A stretch of DNA of 64,000 nt from assembly GCA_016191395.1 (NCBI GenBank), contig JACPOS010000003.1, forward strand, positions 107,100 to 171,099. The letters run 5' to 3'. The notes beneath the pieces were generated by a model that did no database searches, was not told where the DNA came from, and saw only the letters and a program-made list of their open reading frames with translations. Of this stretch, positions 1-9,198 are shown in pieces. This DNA is from Chloroflexota bacterium (GTDB taxonomy: Bacteria > Chloroflexota > Limnocylindria > Limnocylindrales > CSP1-4). The translations under genes were made by a program, and so were the position numbers. Position 1 is the first letter of the stretch. Each line of letters opens with the position of its first letter.

Positions 1-538
1 CCCGTGCTGGCGGCGTGGGTGCGGCGCGGTGGCGGAGGCGCAGGGCCTCGACGGCATCGGTCACCGTGTCGGCCGGCACGACCTCCAGGCCGCCGACGAG
101 CCGCGCCTCGTCGGCACCATCTGCCGGGACGATCACGCGTCGCACGCCGCGGCGCGCGAGTGCGGCGACCATCGGGAGCAGCCCGGGCACCGGCCGGATC
201 TCACCTCCGAGCGAGACCTCCCCGATCAGCGCCGCCCTCCCGGCTCGGGCCGTGAACTGCTCCGAACCGATGAGGATCCCGATCGCGATCGCCAGATCCG
301 CTCCCGAGCCCGTCTTGGGCACGTCGGCAGGGGCAAGGTTCACCGTGATGCGCCGCGGCGGATGCATGAAGCCGGAATTCCGCAGCGCACCCCGGACCCG
401 CTCGCGGGCCTCCCGGATGGATGCGTCGCCGAGCCCGACGATTGTGAACCCGGGCAATCCCGGCGCGACGTCCACCTCGACGCGGATGACCCGCCCATCG
501 AGGGCGACGAGCGTGGCGGAGAGCAGGGTCGCGAGCAC
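1..538 (-). CDS. comM: Mg-chelatase-like ATPase ComM/YifB, N-terminal part (3' end runs off the window)
   Basis: Not in the ORF track because it is open at the window edge. Minus-strand translation from GTG at 538 reads VLATLLSATLVALDGRVIRVEVDVAPGLPGFTIVGLGDASIREARERVRGALRNSGFMHPPRRITVNLAPADVPKTGSGADLAIAIGIL. This is the Lon-like N-domain typical of YifB/ComM. Confidence 0.8.
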   Translation of the reverse strand, partial: MLATLLSATLVALDGRVIRVEVDVAPGLPGFTIVGLGDASIREARERVRGALRNSGFMHPPRRITVNLAPADVPKTGSGADLAIAIGILIGSEQFTARAGRAALIGEVSLGGEIRPVPGLLPMVAALARRGVRRVIVPADGADEARLVGGLEVVPADTVTDAVEALRLRHRAAPTPPAR

Positions 539-603
539 GCCGCCACCCTACGAGGCAGCGCTTATCTGCGGCTCACCTCGCGGTGGTGAGCGGCCCCGTG
601 TGG

Positions 604-1806
604 CTACCGGCCTCGGCCCGCTCCGATGCGCGGTGCCGGCACGCCGGCCACAGCCGCGACCTGGGGCGCGAACGACGCGTCGATCGCGTGCGCGAGCTCC
701 ACGATCTCGCGGCTCAGTGGCGCGTCCGGCTTGGAGTAGCTGAACGGCGAGCCGGTGTTCTGCGCGGAGATCGCGACGCGGTATTCGTTCGTGATCTTGG
801 TCTCGAACTCGCGCTTGAGCGCGCTCTCCGCGGCGCCGACGCTGATGCCCGTGAACGCGTTGGAGCGGTTGAGCGCGAGCTTCAGGCGCTTGGGGTCGAA
901 GCCGGTCTTGCGCAGCGCCTCCAGCACGAGCCGCACGTTCTTGAGGCAGGACAGGTCCGCGGTCATGACGATGTGGACCTCGTCCGCGTGGTCGAGGATG
1001 GACAGGACGAGGTCGCCCAGGCGCTTGTCGGTGTCCACGATCACGTAGTCGTACATCGACCGGAGCATCAGGAGGACGCTCGCGAGGTTCTCCGGCGTGA
1101 TGAGGTCTGCCTCCTCCGGGGAGGTCGGGGCGAGGAGCAGGTCCACGCCGGAGTCGTGCTTGACCAGCACGGACTTCAGCAGCTCCGCGTCCACCTGCGG
1201 CGCGTTCATCAAGTCGGTGACGCTCTTGCGATCGTTGCCGAGATCCAGGAACACGCGGTGGTCGCCGAACTGGAGCACCGCGTCGACGAGGGCGACCTTG
1301 CGGTCCAGCTCCGTGTGCAGCGCGATCGCGGTGTTGATCGCGATGGTCGTCGCGCCCACGCCGCCCTTGGCGCCGTAGAACGCGATCATCTTGCCGAGGG
1401 GCGGGCGGGCGCGGGTGGCGCCACCCTCCTGCGGCCCGAAGCGCGACAGCAGCCCGCGCATGCGCGCCAGCAGCTCCGCCTGGTGGAACGGCTTGACGAG
1501 GTAGTCGTCCGCACCGGCACGGAGACCGCGGACCTTCTGCTCCACCTCCTTCTCGGAGGTGAGCATGATGATCGGGACGTGGTTCTTGCCGCCCTCGTCG
1601 GCCCGGATCCGCTCGGCGACCGCGTAGCCGTCGAGCTTGGGCAGGCTGACGTCGAGCAGGATCAGGCCGGGCGACTCCGAGCTCCAGAGCTTGAGCGCCT
1701 CCTGCCCATCGCCCGCGACAGACACGGTGTAGCCGGCCTGCTTGAGCGTGTACTGCAGGAGGCGCTGGACGTTCGCCTCGTCGTCGACGACCAGGATCTT
1801 GGTCAT
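604..1806 (-). CDS. Response-regulator receiver fused to ParA/MinD-type ATPase (CpaE/TadZ-like)
   Basis: 400-aa ORF. Canonical receiver residues are present (VVDDE, LILLDVSLP, MLTS, LVKPF). The C-terminal ParA/MinD fold has Walker A GAKGGVGATT, where the GK[ST] lysine is Ala. No tad/cpa pilus genes are adjacent. Confidence 0.85.
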   Translation of the reverse strand: MTKILVVDDEANVQRLLQYTLKQAGYTVSVAGDGQEALKLWSSESPGLILLDVSLPKLDGYAVAERIRADEGGKNHVPIIMLTSEKEVEQKVRGLRAGADDYLVKPFHQAELLARMRGLLSRFGPQEGGATRARPPLGKMIAFYGAKGGVGATTIAINTAIALHTELDRKVALVDAVLQFGDHRVFLDLGNDRKSVTDLMNAPQVDAELLKSVLVKHDSGVDLLLAPTSPEEADLITPENLASVLLMLRSMYDYVIVDTDKRLGDLVLSILDHADEVHIVMTADLSCLKNVRLVLEALRKTGFDPKRLKLALNRSNAFTGISVGAAESALKREFETKITNEYRVAISAQNTGSPFSYSKPDAPLSREIVELAHAIDASFAPQVAAVAGVPAPRIGAGRGR

Positions 1807-1820
1807 GCCCTACCCCCGAA

Positions 1821-2711
1821 CTACTTGGCCGTCCCCGGCCCCATGGCCTTGCCCACGAACCCCGAGATGGGCCCGAGAAGCTCGGTGAACTCCGTTGGAA
1901 TGACGAACTTGGTTGACGGGCTCGCACCCAGCGCCTTCAGCGCCTCGAGGTACTGCAGCGCCATCGTCTTCTCGTCGATGTCCTTGGCCGCCCCGAAGAT
2001 CCGGCTGAGCGCCTGGCTGAAGCCCTCGGCGCGGAGGATCGCGGCCTGCCGCTCGCCCTCCGCCTTCAGGATCTCCGACTGCTTCTGGCCCTCGGCGTTG
2101 TTGATCGCTGCCTGCCGGTTGCCCTCGGACTCGGTGATGACGGCGCGCCGTGTCCGCTCGGCGGAGAGCTGCCGGTTCATCGCGTCCTGGACGTCGCGCG
2201 GCGGGGTGATCTCGCGGATCTCGACGGTCGTCACCTTGCCGCCCCAGCGCTCGGTGACCTCGTCCAGCTTCACGCGCAGGACCTCGTTGATCTGCTCGCG
2301 CTTGGACAGCACCTCGTCGAGGAGGATGTCGCCGATGACGGCGCGCAGGGTCGTCGTCGCGACGCCCTGGAGGGCGCCCGGGAAGTTGGCGACGTTCACG
2401 ACGCTCTTGAGCGGATCGGCGATCCGCCAGTAGATGAGAAAGTCGACATTGATCGGTGCGTTGTCCCTGGTGATGGTGGTCTGGCTGGGGACCTCGATGA
2501 ACTGCTCGCGGGTATCAACCTTGACCGGCCGATCGATGATCGGGATCAGGAAGTTGATGCCCGGGCTCCTGACCATGGATTCATCGGTCTTCCCGAGGCG
2601 GAACACCACCATCCGCTCGTACTGCTGGACCACGCGGATGGACAGGTAGATGACGACCAGGACGAAGACGACGGCGATGCCGCCGACCGACAGCAGGACT
2701 GCGAGCTCCAC
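1821..2711 (-). CDS. SPFH/band-7 (stomatin-like) membrane protein
   Basis: The track ORF is 1821..2786. I prefer GTG at 2711, preceded by GGAGG plus 5 nt. This gives MELAVLLSVGG (TM anchor), then the SPFH core (RMVVFRLGK, IIDRPVKVDTREQ) and an Ala/Glu/Gln-rich coiled coil. It sits downstream of nfeD, the classic pairing. Confidence 0.85.
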   Translation of the reverse strand: MELAVLLSVGGIAVVFVLVVIYLSIRVVQQYERMVVFRLGKTDESMVRSPGINFLIPIIDRPVKVDTREQFIEVPSQTTITRDNAPINVDFLIYWRIADPLKSVVNVANFPGALQGVATTTLRAVIGDILLDEVLSKREQINEVLRVKLDEVTERWGGKVTTVEIREITPPRDVQDAMNRQLSAERTRRAVITESEGNRQAAINNAEGQKQSEILKAEGERQAAILRAEGFSQALSRIFGAAKDIDEKTMALQYLEALKALGASPSTKFVIPTEFTELLGPISGFVGKAMGPGTAK

Positions 2712-2751
2712 CTTTACCTCCGATCCGCGCCGCGCGGGCGATGCCGCGCGA

Positions 2752-4113
2752 TCACGTGCCCTTCGATTCTGACGCGTCCGGCTCAACGGTGAGCGTCAAT
2801 CCCTCAACCTTCACGACGCGAACGTGCGTGCCGCGCTCCAGCGGGCTCCCGCTGGCGCTGCGAGCGCTCCACTCCTCGCCCGCCGCGAGGATCGAGCCAA
2901 GTGGATGGATCGGCGAGCGCACCTCGCCGACGGCCCCGACCGCGATGTTGCCGCCCCCGCCCAGCGCCCCGAGCCCGATCCGCCGGGATCGAATGACGCC
3001 GAAGACGATGAGCGCGAGGAACAGGCCCGCAGTGGCGCTGATGACGACGATCGTGGGCAGCGCGACGCGGACGAGCGGCTCGAACGGGTCGGCCGGCCCC
3101 GTGAACAGGGCAGACGCCCCCAGCGCAAAGGACACGATGCCCCCGAATCCAAGGAGGCCGTGGCTGGTCACGGTCACCTCCAGCCCGAACAGGACGAGCC
3201 CGAACACGATCAGCAGCAGGCCGCCCACGTTCAGCGGCAGCGTGCCGAGGCCGATCAACCCAAGGAGGACCATCAGCGCCCCGAGGATGCCGGTCACGAA
3301 GTTGGGGCTGTACAGCTCCACCAGGAGGCCGGCCGAGCCGGTGGTGAAGAGCAGCAGGGCGATCGTGGGGTCAGCGAGCAGGCGGAAGATACCGAGGAAC
3401 GGGTTGATGCCCTGCTCGGTGATCGCTGCCCCAGCCAGCGCCAGGGTCACCGGCTGACCGGCGACCTGGACGGTCTTGCCGTCGGCGAACGCGATCACGT
3501 CGGCCAGCGTGGTGGCGATCCCATCCACGGCACCGACGGCCACGGCCTCATCGGCCGGAGAGGACTTCGCGTCCCGCACCGTGGAGATGGCCCATTCCAC
3601 GTTGCGATGGCGGGCGTTCGCGATGGACGTGATCTTGGCGATCGCGTCGTTCCTGACCTTCTCGCCGAGCGTGCCGGGAATGTCCGTTCCGTCGCCGCTG
3701 ATCGGCGACGCCGCGCCGATGCTGGTGCCCGGGGCCATCAGTGCGATGTTCGCCGACAGCGTGATGAACGTGCCGGCGCTCGCCGCGAACCCGCCGGCCG
3801 GCGCCACCCACACGATCACCGGGACCTTTGCCTCGAGGATCGTACCGACGATCGCGTTGGTCGAGAGCAGGTCGCCGCCCGGCGTGTCCAGCTTGATCAC
3901 GACCGCGGCGACGCGGCGGCTCTCCGCCTGGGCGATGGAGTCGGCGAGGTACTTCGCCATCGTGGAGTCCACGATGCCGGTCGTCGGCAGGACGACCACC
4001 TCGGGACCCGCGCCGCGAGCGCCGCTCGCGAGCAGCAGCCAGCCGAGCGCCATGACCATCAACGAGATCCGCGGCAGTCGGGGCCGTCCCGCACGGGACA
4101 TGGTGTGCACCAC
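2752..4113 (-). CDS. NfeD-family membrane-bound serine protease (ClpP-class N-domain, TM region, C-terminal OB/NfeD domain)
   Basis: 453-aa ORF. Signal/TM, then VVIKLDTPGGDL...APAGGFAASAGTFI (ClpP-like), multiple TM helices, and the C-terminal NfeD beta-barrel (GTHVRVVKVEGLTLTVEP). Operon partner of the stomatin gene. Confidence 0.85.
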   Translation of the reverse strand: MVHTMSRAGRPRLPRISLMVMALGWLLLASGARGAGPEVVVLPTTGIVDSTMAKYLADSIAQAESRRVAAVVIKLDTPGGDLLSTNAIVGTILEAKVPVIVWVAPAGGFAASAGTFITLSANIALMAPGTSIGAASPISGDGTDIPGTLGEKVRNDAIAKITSIANARHRNVEWAISTVRDAKSSPADEAVAVGAVDGIATTLADVIAFADGKTVQVAGQPVTLALAGAAITEQGINPFLGIFRLLADPTIALLLFTTGSAGLLVELYSPNFVTGILGALMVLLGLIGLGTLPLNVGGLLLIVFGLVLFGLEVTVTSHGLLGFGGIVSFALGASALFTGPADPFEPLVRVALPTIVVISATAGLFLALIVFGVIRSRRIGLGALGGGGNIAVGAVGEVRSPIHPLGSILAAGEEWSARSASGSPLERGTHVRVVKVEGLTLTVEPDASESKGT

Positions 4114-4163
4114 CTCAGCGCTGAGTATCGCACCGCTGGCCGCGAACGCAGTCCGGGCGCGGG

Positions 4164-4748
4164 TCAGGCGGGCACGGCCTCGATGTGGGCGAACACCAGC
4201 GCGCTCCAGGTCTCCATCCGGTCCACGACCGCACCGACCTCCGCCGGATCGGCGAACGCGCCGGTCAGCTTGTCCGTCTCACGGATCGCGACGGCACGGC
4301 CGCCCGCGTCCGCGACGTACACCGCACCGACGTGGACGCTGCCGACCTCGGTCGTGTCGTCGTTCAGCAGCCCGATGAGCCGGAAATCCGGTTCGAAGGC
4401 GGCGACGAGCTCCTCGCGCCACTCACGCCGCAGCCCGCCGGCGAGGTCTCCGTCGCCCGGGTTGAGGTGCCCGCCGACGCCGATGCTCCAGCGATCGTGC
4501 AGCCGGGCGTCCCCGCCTGCCTGGGTGCGGCGCATGAGGAAGTACCGCGGGCCGTCGCGGAGCACGAGATACGGGATGACCTGCTTCCAGCTCCGGTCGA
4601 TCTCCACTTCGGTCCGGGGCCGGAACTGCCCGTCCCGCGCGACCAGCGCCTCGAACGCGTCGAGGCGATCGGCCGTGACCCCGTGCCAGCCCGGATCGGC
4701 CATCAGGGTGCCCCGGGGAACCACCAGGACGAGCTCGCCCGCGCTCAC
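4164..4748 (-). CDS. NUDIX hydrolase
   Basis: Only the C-terminal part of track ORF 4164..5216 looks real. GTG at 4748 overlaps the tyrA stop (GTGA). Nudix box GGHLNPGDGDLAGGLRREWREEL. Confidence 0.75.
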   Translation of the reverse strand: MSAGELVLVVPRGTLMADPGWHGVTADRLDAFEALVARDGQFRPRTEVEIDRSWKQVIPYLVLRDGPRYFLMRRTQAGGDARLHDRWSIGVGGHLNPGDGDLAGGLRREWREELVAAFEPDFRLIGLLNDDTTEVGSVHVGAVYVADAGGRAVAIRETDKLTGAFADPAEVGAVVDRMETWSALVFAHIEAVPA

Positions 4749-5680
4749 GGTCGCGGCTCCCGCTCCAGCTCGGCGCGGGCAGACTCCAGGCGGCCACGCA
4801 GGCGCCGCACGCTCCCCTCGTCCGGCTCGACGGGACGGTCCTCCGCGATCATCGCGTCCAGCTCGGCGAGCCAGCCGTCGATCGCGTCGCGGTAGGCCCG
4901 CAGGTGGCCCGCGATGGGCCGCGCGTTGGTCGCGATGATGTCCGCCCCCATGACCGTGTCGCCGCGGGCCAGGCGCGTCATGTCGCGCCAGCCGCCGGCA
5001 CCGAGCGGGCGCGCGGCACCCCAGTCGGCTTCGTCCGAGGTGACCGCCTCGACGAGTGCCGCGGAGGCGATGAGCGGCAGGTGGCTGATCGCCGCGACAG
5101 CGAGGTCGTGATCGATGGCCGTCATCCGGACCGGGCGCGCGCCCGTCGCCGTCGCGAGTGCCTCCACGCGGTCGCGATGGCCCGCGTCCGTCCCGTCGGC
5201 GGCGACGATCACCCACGGTCGATCGACGAACAGGTCGGCCGAGGCAGCGCCGACCCCGGTCGTCTCGCGGCCGCCCATCGGGTGCCCGCCCACGAACGGG
5301 ATGCCGAGGTCCTCGGCCGTCGCGACGATCAGGCCCTTCGTGCTCGCGACGTCGGTGATCGTCGCGCCGTTCGCCACCGCGGCGCGAAGCGGGCCGGCGA
5401 GGTCGCGAAGCTCCTGGAGGATCGAACGGGGCGGTCCCGCGAGGACGACCAGCCCGGCGCCCTCGATCGCCGCGGCAGCGCTCACGCCGACCTCGTCGAC
5501 GAGGCCCCGTCGGAGGCCCTCGTGCGGCCCCGTGCCACGCGGCGTCCAGGCCACGACGCGGGCCGTGCAGCCGGCCTCGCGGAGCGCCAGCGCGATGGAA
5601 CCCGCGATCAGCCCGAACCCGAGAAACGAGATGCGACCCGGGAGCGCGGCGGCCGCGGCGGCCCGCACCGTCTCCCCCAT
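4745..5680 (-). CDS. tyrA: Prephenate dehydrogenase
   Basis: Track ORF 4745..5926. The ATG at 5680 (MGETVRAAAA) gives the Rossmann motif FLGFGLIAGS and the conserved GGHPMGG and HDLAVAAISHLP motifs. Confidence 0.85.
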   Translation of the reverse strand: MGETVRAAAAAALPGRISFLGFGLIAGSIALALREAGCTARVVAWTPRGTGPHEGLRRGLVDEVGVSAAAAIEGAGLVVLAGPPRSILQELRDLAGPLRAAVANGATITDVASTKGLIVATAEDLGIPFVGGHPMGGRETTGVGAASADLFVDRPWVIVAADGTDAGHRDRVEALATATGARPVRMTAIDHDLAVAAISHLPLIASAALVEAVTSDEADWGAARPLGAGGWRDMTRLARGDTVMGADIIATNARPIAGHLRAYRDAIDGWLAELDAMIAEDRPVEPDEGSVRRLRGRLESARAELEREPRP

Positions 5681-5681
5681 C

Positions 5682-5936
5682 TCAGAACGCGGCGTTGTCA
5701 TCCCGCCGCCGCTGGCTCTTGCGACGCTGTGATGTCCGGCGCTCGAAGCTGCCCGGCGGTCCCGGGACGTCGGGGCGGTTCTTCCGCCGCTCGCCCTTGC
5801 GCCGGTTTGCGACCCGCCGCTCGCCGAACAGCATGCCGCCGCAGCGAGGGCAGCGACGCTCCTCTGCGAAGAGGCTGTCGAGCGATGCGGCCGTGTACAC
5901 GACACGCCCGCAGATTCGGCATGCAAGGGTCGGCAT
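5682..5936 (-). CDS. Small zinc-ribbon protein with highly basic C-terminal tail
   Basis: ATG at 5936 (MPTLACRICGRVVY...CPRCGG), an 84-aa product inside track ORF 5682..6587. It has two CxxC pairs and an Arg/Lys-rich tail. Its stop lies 1 nt from the tyrA start. Confidence 0.65.
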   Translation of the reverse strand: MPTLACRICGRVVYTAASLDSLFAEERRCPRCGGMLFGERRVANRRKGERRKNRPDVPGPPGSFERRTSQRRKSQRRRDDNAAF

Positions 5937-5983
5937 GGGGCCTGGACGCGCCTCCCGGTAGGGATTCCGATCGTAGCAGCGGG

Positions 5984-6556
5984 TCAGGCTCCGAGGATTG
6001 CCTCGTGCAGCGGTTCGTACCGGGCCGGCCCTCCACCCAGGACGCTCCGGAAGAGCACGACCCGGTCCACCTTGAATCGGACGTCCAGCCCGTCCGCCGC
6101 GCTCTCGAGCGCGCGTGCCGCGACGGGGCCCAGCCGAAGGCCGTCCGTTCGCGCGATGGTGAGATGCGGCGTGAACGGACGGGTGTCGAGCACGAGCCCG
6201 CATTCCCCTGCCGCGGCGGTCAGGCCGTCGGCGAGACCCGCCAATCGATCGGCGCCCGCCGCAACACCGACCCACAGGCTGCGCGGCCGCTCCAGGCTCG
6301 GGAACGCGCCGCCTCGGCTCAGGGCCACCTCGAACGGCTCTGCGGTCGCGGCGAGCGCGTCGGCGCCAGCGATGAGCGGCCTGCGCATCTCGTCCGGCGT
6401 AGGCCCGAGGAAGCGCAGCGTCAAGTGGAGCCCATCCACGCGGACCCAGCGGATGCGCGCGTGCCCATCGCCGACGGACGCCTGGACCCGCGCGATGAGC
6501 TCGCTGATGTGCGCCTGCGCCTGGACCGGGACCGGGACGGCGAAGAACAGGCGCAT
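5984..6556 (-). CDS. thpR: RNA 2',3'-cyclic phosphodiesterase (2'-5' RNA ligase family, LigT/ThpR)
   Basis: ATG at 6556 (MRLFFAVPVP) within track ORF 5984..6829. Two HxTx motifs (HLTL, HLTI). Confidence 0.85.
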   Translation of the reverse strand: MRLFFAVPVPVQAQAHISELIARVQASVGDGHARIRWVRVDGLHLTLRFLGPTPDEMRRPLIAGADALAATAEPFEVALSRGGAFPSLERPRSLWVGVAAGADRLAGLADGLTAAAGECGLVLDTRPFTPHLTIARTDGLRLGPVAARALESAADGLDVRFKVDRVVLFRSVLGGGPARYEPLHEAILGA

Positions 6557-6612
6557 GGTGCCCGGCGGATCCACCGGCGCCACCCACCGGTCATTCCACC
6601 GCCGGCGCTCGG

Positions 6613-7131
6613 TCACCGGCCCCCGGCCTGCTCGGCATGCCAGGCATCGCGGTCGTGCCGCAGGATCTCCAGCGCACGTTTCCCGTCGCGCCAGCCGATC
6701 ACGTCCACCGTCTTGTCCTCGAGCAGCTTGTACGTGTTGAAGAAGTGCTCGATCTCGACCAGGCGGTGCGGCCGCATCTGCTCCAGCCGCTCGATGTGCG
6801 CCTGGTTGGGGTCGCCCTCGGCAACGCACAGCACCTTGTAGTCCGCGCCCTTCTCGTCGCGCATCTCCAGCACGCCGACCGGGCGGGCCCAGACGTGACA
6901 GCCCGTGAATGTCGGCTCGTCGATGATCAGGAGCGCGTCCGTGTGGTCACCGTCGTCGGCCCGCGTCCCTTCGATGAACCCGTAGTCGAAGTTGTAGAAG
7001 ACCGCGGACGACAGCACGCGATCCAGGCGGAAGACGCCGGCGTGCTCGTCGAACTCGTACTTGTTCCGGCTGCCGCGCGGGATCTCGACGACGATCTCCA
7101 CTCGGTCCGGGAACGCGCGAACCGGGCTCAT
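6613..7131 (-). CDS. ppa: Inorganic pyrophosphatase (family I)
   Basis: ATG at 7131 (MSPVRAFPDRVEIVVEIPRGSRNKYEFD). Conserved YNFDYGFI and DGDHTDALL motifs. ATGA overlap with the upstream gene's stop. Confidence 0.9.
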   Translation of the reverse strand: MSPVRAFPDRVEIVVEIPRGSRNKYEFDEHAGVFRLDRVLSSAVFYNFDYGFIEGTRADDGDHTDALLIIDEPTFTGCHVWARPVGVLEMRDEKGADYKVLCVAEGDPNQAHIERLEQMRPHRLVEIEHFFNTYKLLEDKTVDVIGWRDGKRALEILRHDRDAWHAEQAGGR

Positions 7132-8144
7132 CGCGCGCGTGGGGCGAGCATGCCAGCGAGCCGGCGGTCGAGCAGATCGTGCTCGGCCCACCAGCGAATG
7201 GCGTCGGCGAGCGTCTCGCGCAGGGGCAGGAACTCCATCCCGAGATCGCGGGTCGCCCGTGTGGTGTCCACCTCGGCCGCATTGTCCAGCAGCCAGTCGA
7301 TGGACCCGCGGTCGGGCAGCTGGCTGAGCCGCCCGCCGAAGAGGTCGTTGAGGCGCGCGGCGCGCCGAACACCGGACGCCGAAATGAACCGCCGCCGCGG
7401 CCGCAGGCCGGTGAGCTCGTCGACGAGCTTCGCGACGTCGCGGTGCCGCACGACGCCCGAGGTCAGCACGAAATGGCTGCCGACGGGCGCGTCCAGCGCG
7501 AGCACGATGGCCTCGGCCACGTCGCGAACATCCACCCAGGGGGCCCGCGTGTCCACCGCGGTCCCGCCGGTCAGCAGCACGGTGACCATGCCGCTGCTCG
7601 TGCCCATCGCGGTGTCCTCCGGCCCGATCACGATCCCCGGATGGAGGGTCACGCGCGGCAGCCCGGCGGCCTCGAGCTCGCGACCCACCCGCTCCGACTC
7701 CACCTTGCTGCGCAGGTACGGATCCGTCCAGCCCCGGCTCCGCTCCGACGCGAGCGGGGTGTCCTCGTTGACCGGCGAGTGCCCGAGCTCGAATACGGAG
7801 AGCGAGCTGATGTCGACGACCTTCGAGACCTTCGCGTCGAGCGACGCCTGGAGGATCGTGCGCGCCAGCGCGGCGTTGTTGGCCATCGCGGGGCCGGCGG
7901 CCCGGTCATAGCGGTACGTCGCCGCGGCCTGGACGAGGGCATCCATGCCCTCGAGCGCGCGATCGATGACCGGCCGCTCCTGCGCGTCGCCGGTGTGGAC
8001 CTCGACCCCCAGGCGATCGAACAGCGAGCCGCTGGGCCAGGCATCGCGCGACACGATCCGCACGGCGTGCCCCGCCTGCACGAGCGCCCGCACCGTCGCC
8101 CGCCCGACGAACCCCGCTCCCCCCGTGACCAGGACCCGCATCAT
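7128..8144 (-). CDS. NAD-dependent epimerase/dehydratase (extended SDR family)
   Basis: 338-aa ORF. N-terminal VLVTGGAGFVG Rossmann motif and SDR-like length and architecture. Confidence 0.8.
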   Translation of the reverse strand: MMRVLVTGGAGFVGRATVRALVQAGHAVRIVSRDAWPSGSLFDRLGVEVHTGDAQERPVIDRALEGMDALVQAAATYRYDRAAGPAMANNAALARTILQASLDAKVSKVVDISSLSVFELGHSPVNEDTPLASERSRGWTDPYLRSKVESERVGRELEAAGLPRVTLHPGIVIGPEDTAMGTSSGMVTVLLTGGTAVDTRAPWVDVRDVAEAIVLALDAPVGSHFVLTSGVVRHRDVAKLVDELTGLRPRRRFISASGVRRAARLNDLFGGRLSQLPDRGSIDWLLDNAAEVDTTRATRDLGMEFLPLRETLADAIRWWAEHDLLDRRLAGMLAPRAR

Positions 8145-8157
8145 TGCCTCGCTCTCG

Positions 8158-8529
8158 CTAGCGAGGCTTGGCTGAGAGCCCGAGCATTGAAAGCCCCCGA
8201 ACCTTGGAGGCAGTCCCGACGACAGTCAAAACTGCCCCGGTAAAGACTCCCCAGTCAACCAGGAACCAAAGAAGCGACAGATGACCGATCGGCAAGGCGT
8301 CCTCGAGAAGGCTAGGTAACGCCTTTTCTTCAAACCATACGGACAGTCCGGAGTCGCCCTCAGCCAACTGCAGGCCAAAAGCAAAATAGTGAGGCCACCC
8401 CCGCAGCTCGATAAGCGCCTCCGTTCCGGGGGCGCGATCGGCCGTCACGACCAGCAACGTGAGCAGTGTGAGGCCCAAGCTCGTGATCAGCACTCCTGCG
8501 GTCAAGCGCAACCGCCTAACCTGAAACAT
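8158..8529 (-). CDS. Hypothetical small multi-pass membrane protein
   Basis: ATG at 8529 (MFQVRRLRLTAGVLITSLGLTLLTLLVV) within track ORF 8158..8652, 2 nt after the upstream stop. Two to three hydrophobic helices. No family recognised. Confidence 0.55.
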   Translation of the reverse strand: MFQVRRLRLTAGVLITSLGLTLLTLLVVTADRAPGTEALIELRGWPHYFAFGLQLAEGDSGLSVWFEEKALPSLLEDALPIGHLSLLWFLVDWGVFTGAVLTVVGTASKVRGLSMLGLSAKPR

Positions 8530-8531
8530 CG

Positions 8532-9170
8532 CTACTCCGAGAGTGCTCCGGCTGACTTGGCAGACCAATAGAAGTCCTGCGTCCCGGCGGGATCCACGAG
8601 CCACACATGCGGGTCCATAGCCAAGTCCTGAAGACCTGCGACGTTCCCCCACCCGGCGGCGTGGACGACCAGCAAACCAGGCTGCTCGGCGCGGACTTGG
8701 TCGAGTTGCCAGACTGGGGTGCCGCCATGCTCAAAGCTGTCGAGTAGCTCCCACTCGACGTAGATTCCGACGAATTCGTGGGCCGCGAGCAACGCCAGCG
8801 CCTCGTCAGGCAGCATGCCGCTTCGGAATGTGATTCGCGCCATCGAGGACCGATCAACTGGTAGCGCTCTCAGGGCGCTCGCCCTTGAGCCTCTGTAAGC
8901 TTCCAAGCCAGCCTTGTCCTTCTGCGGTTGGACTGGCTTCTCAACATCAATGAGATCTGCAGGGACCTCGACGGTCTGCGGCGTAGCGACAGCGGGCCCT
9001 AGGGCGTTCTTCATCGACGGGATCGGGAGTGGTCGCCCGTCATCAAACGAAGCCGGGAAGGTCGGCAGCGCTTCTTTGCTGAGGTACGATGCAGCAAGAA
9101 GTCCGACACCTCCAGCCAGCACCAACAGCACAACGCCTGCAACGGTGGCGGCGAACAACCGCGACTTCAT
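8532..9170 (-). CDS. Hypothetical N-terminally membrane-anchored protein
   Basis: 212-aa ORF. MKSRLFAATVAGVVLLVLAGGVGLLAA anchor, then a soluble domain with no motif I recognise. Atypical codon usage. Confidence 0.65.
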   Translation of the reverse strand: MKSRLFAATVAGVVLLVLAGGVGLLAASYLSKEALPTFPASFDDGRPLPIPSMKNALGPAVATPQTVEVPADLIDVEKPVQPQKDKAGLEAYRGSRASALRALPVDRSSMARITFRSGMLPDEALALLAAHEFVGIYVEWELLDSFEHGGTPVWQLDQVRAEQPGLLVVHAAGWGNVAGLQDLAMDPHVWLVDPAGTQDFYWSAKSAGALSE

Positions 9171-9198
9171 CGCCTTATCCTCGAGCTTGACCGTTGCC

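Noticed and set aside
604-1806. Tad/Flp pilus locus implied by the CpaE/TadZ-like proteins here and at 25824-26990.
   Set aside because: No CpaF/TadA ATPase, TadB/C, prepilin peptidase, secretin or pilin genes occur anywhere in the window. The two genes are isolated among housekeeping genes.
5682-6829. Long N-terminal extensions of track ORFs: 5682-6587, 5984-6829, 4164-5216, 4745-5926, 15230-16021, 22633-23823, 62538-63575, 51775-53655 and 54564-55055.
   Set aside because: In each case the homologous or motif-bearing part begins at an internal ATG or GTG with a Shine-Dalgarno or an NTGA overlap. The upstream part also overlaps the preceding real gene in another frame.
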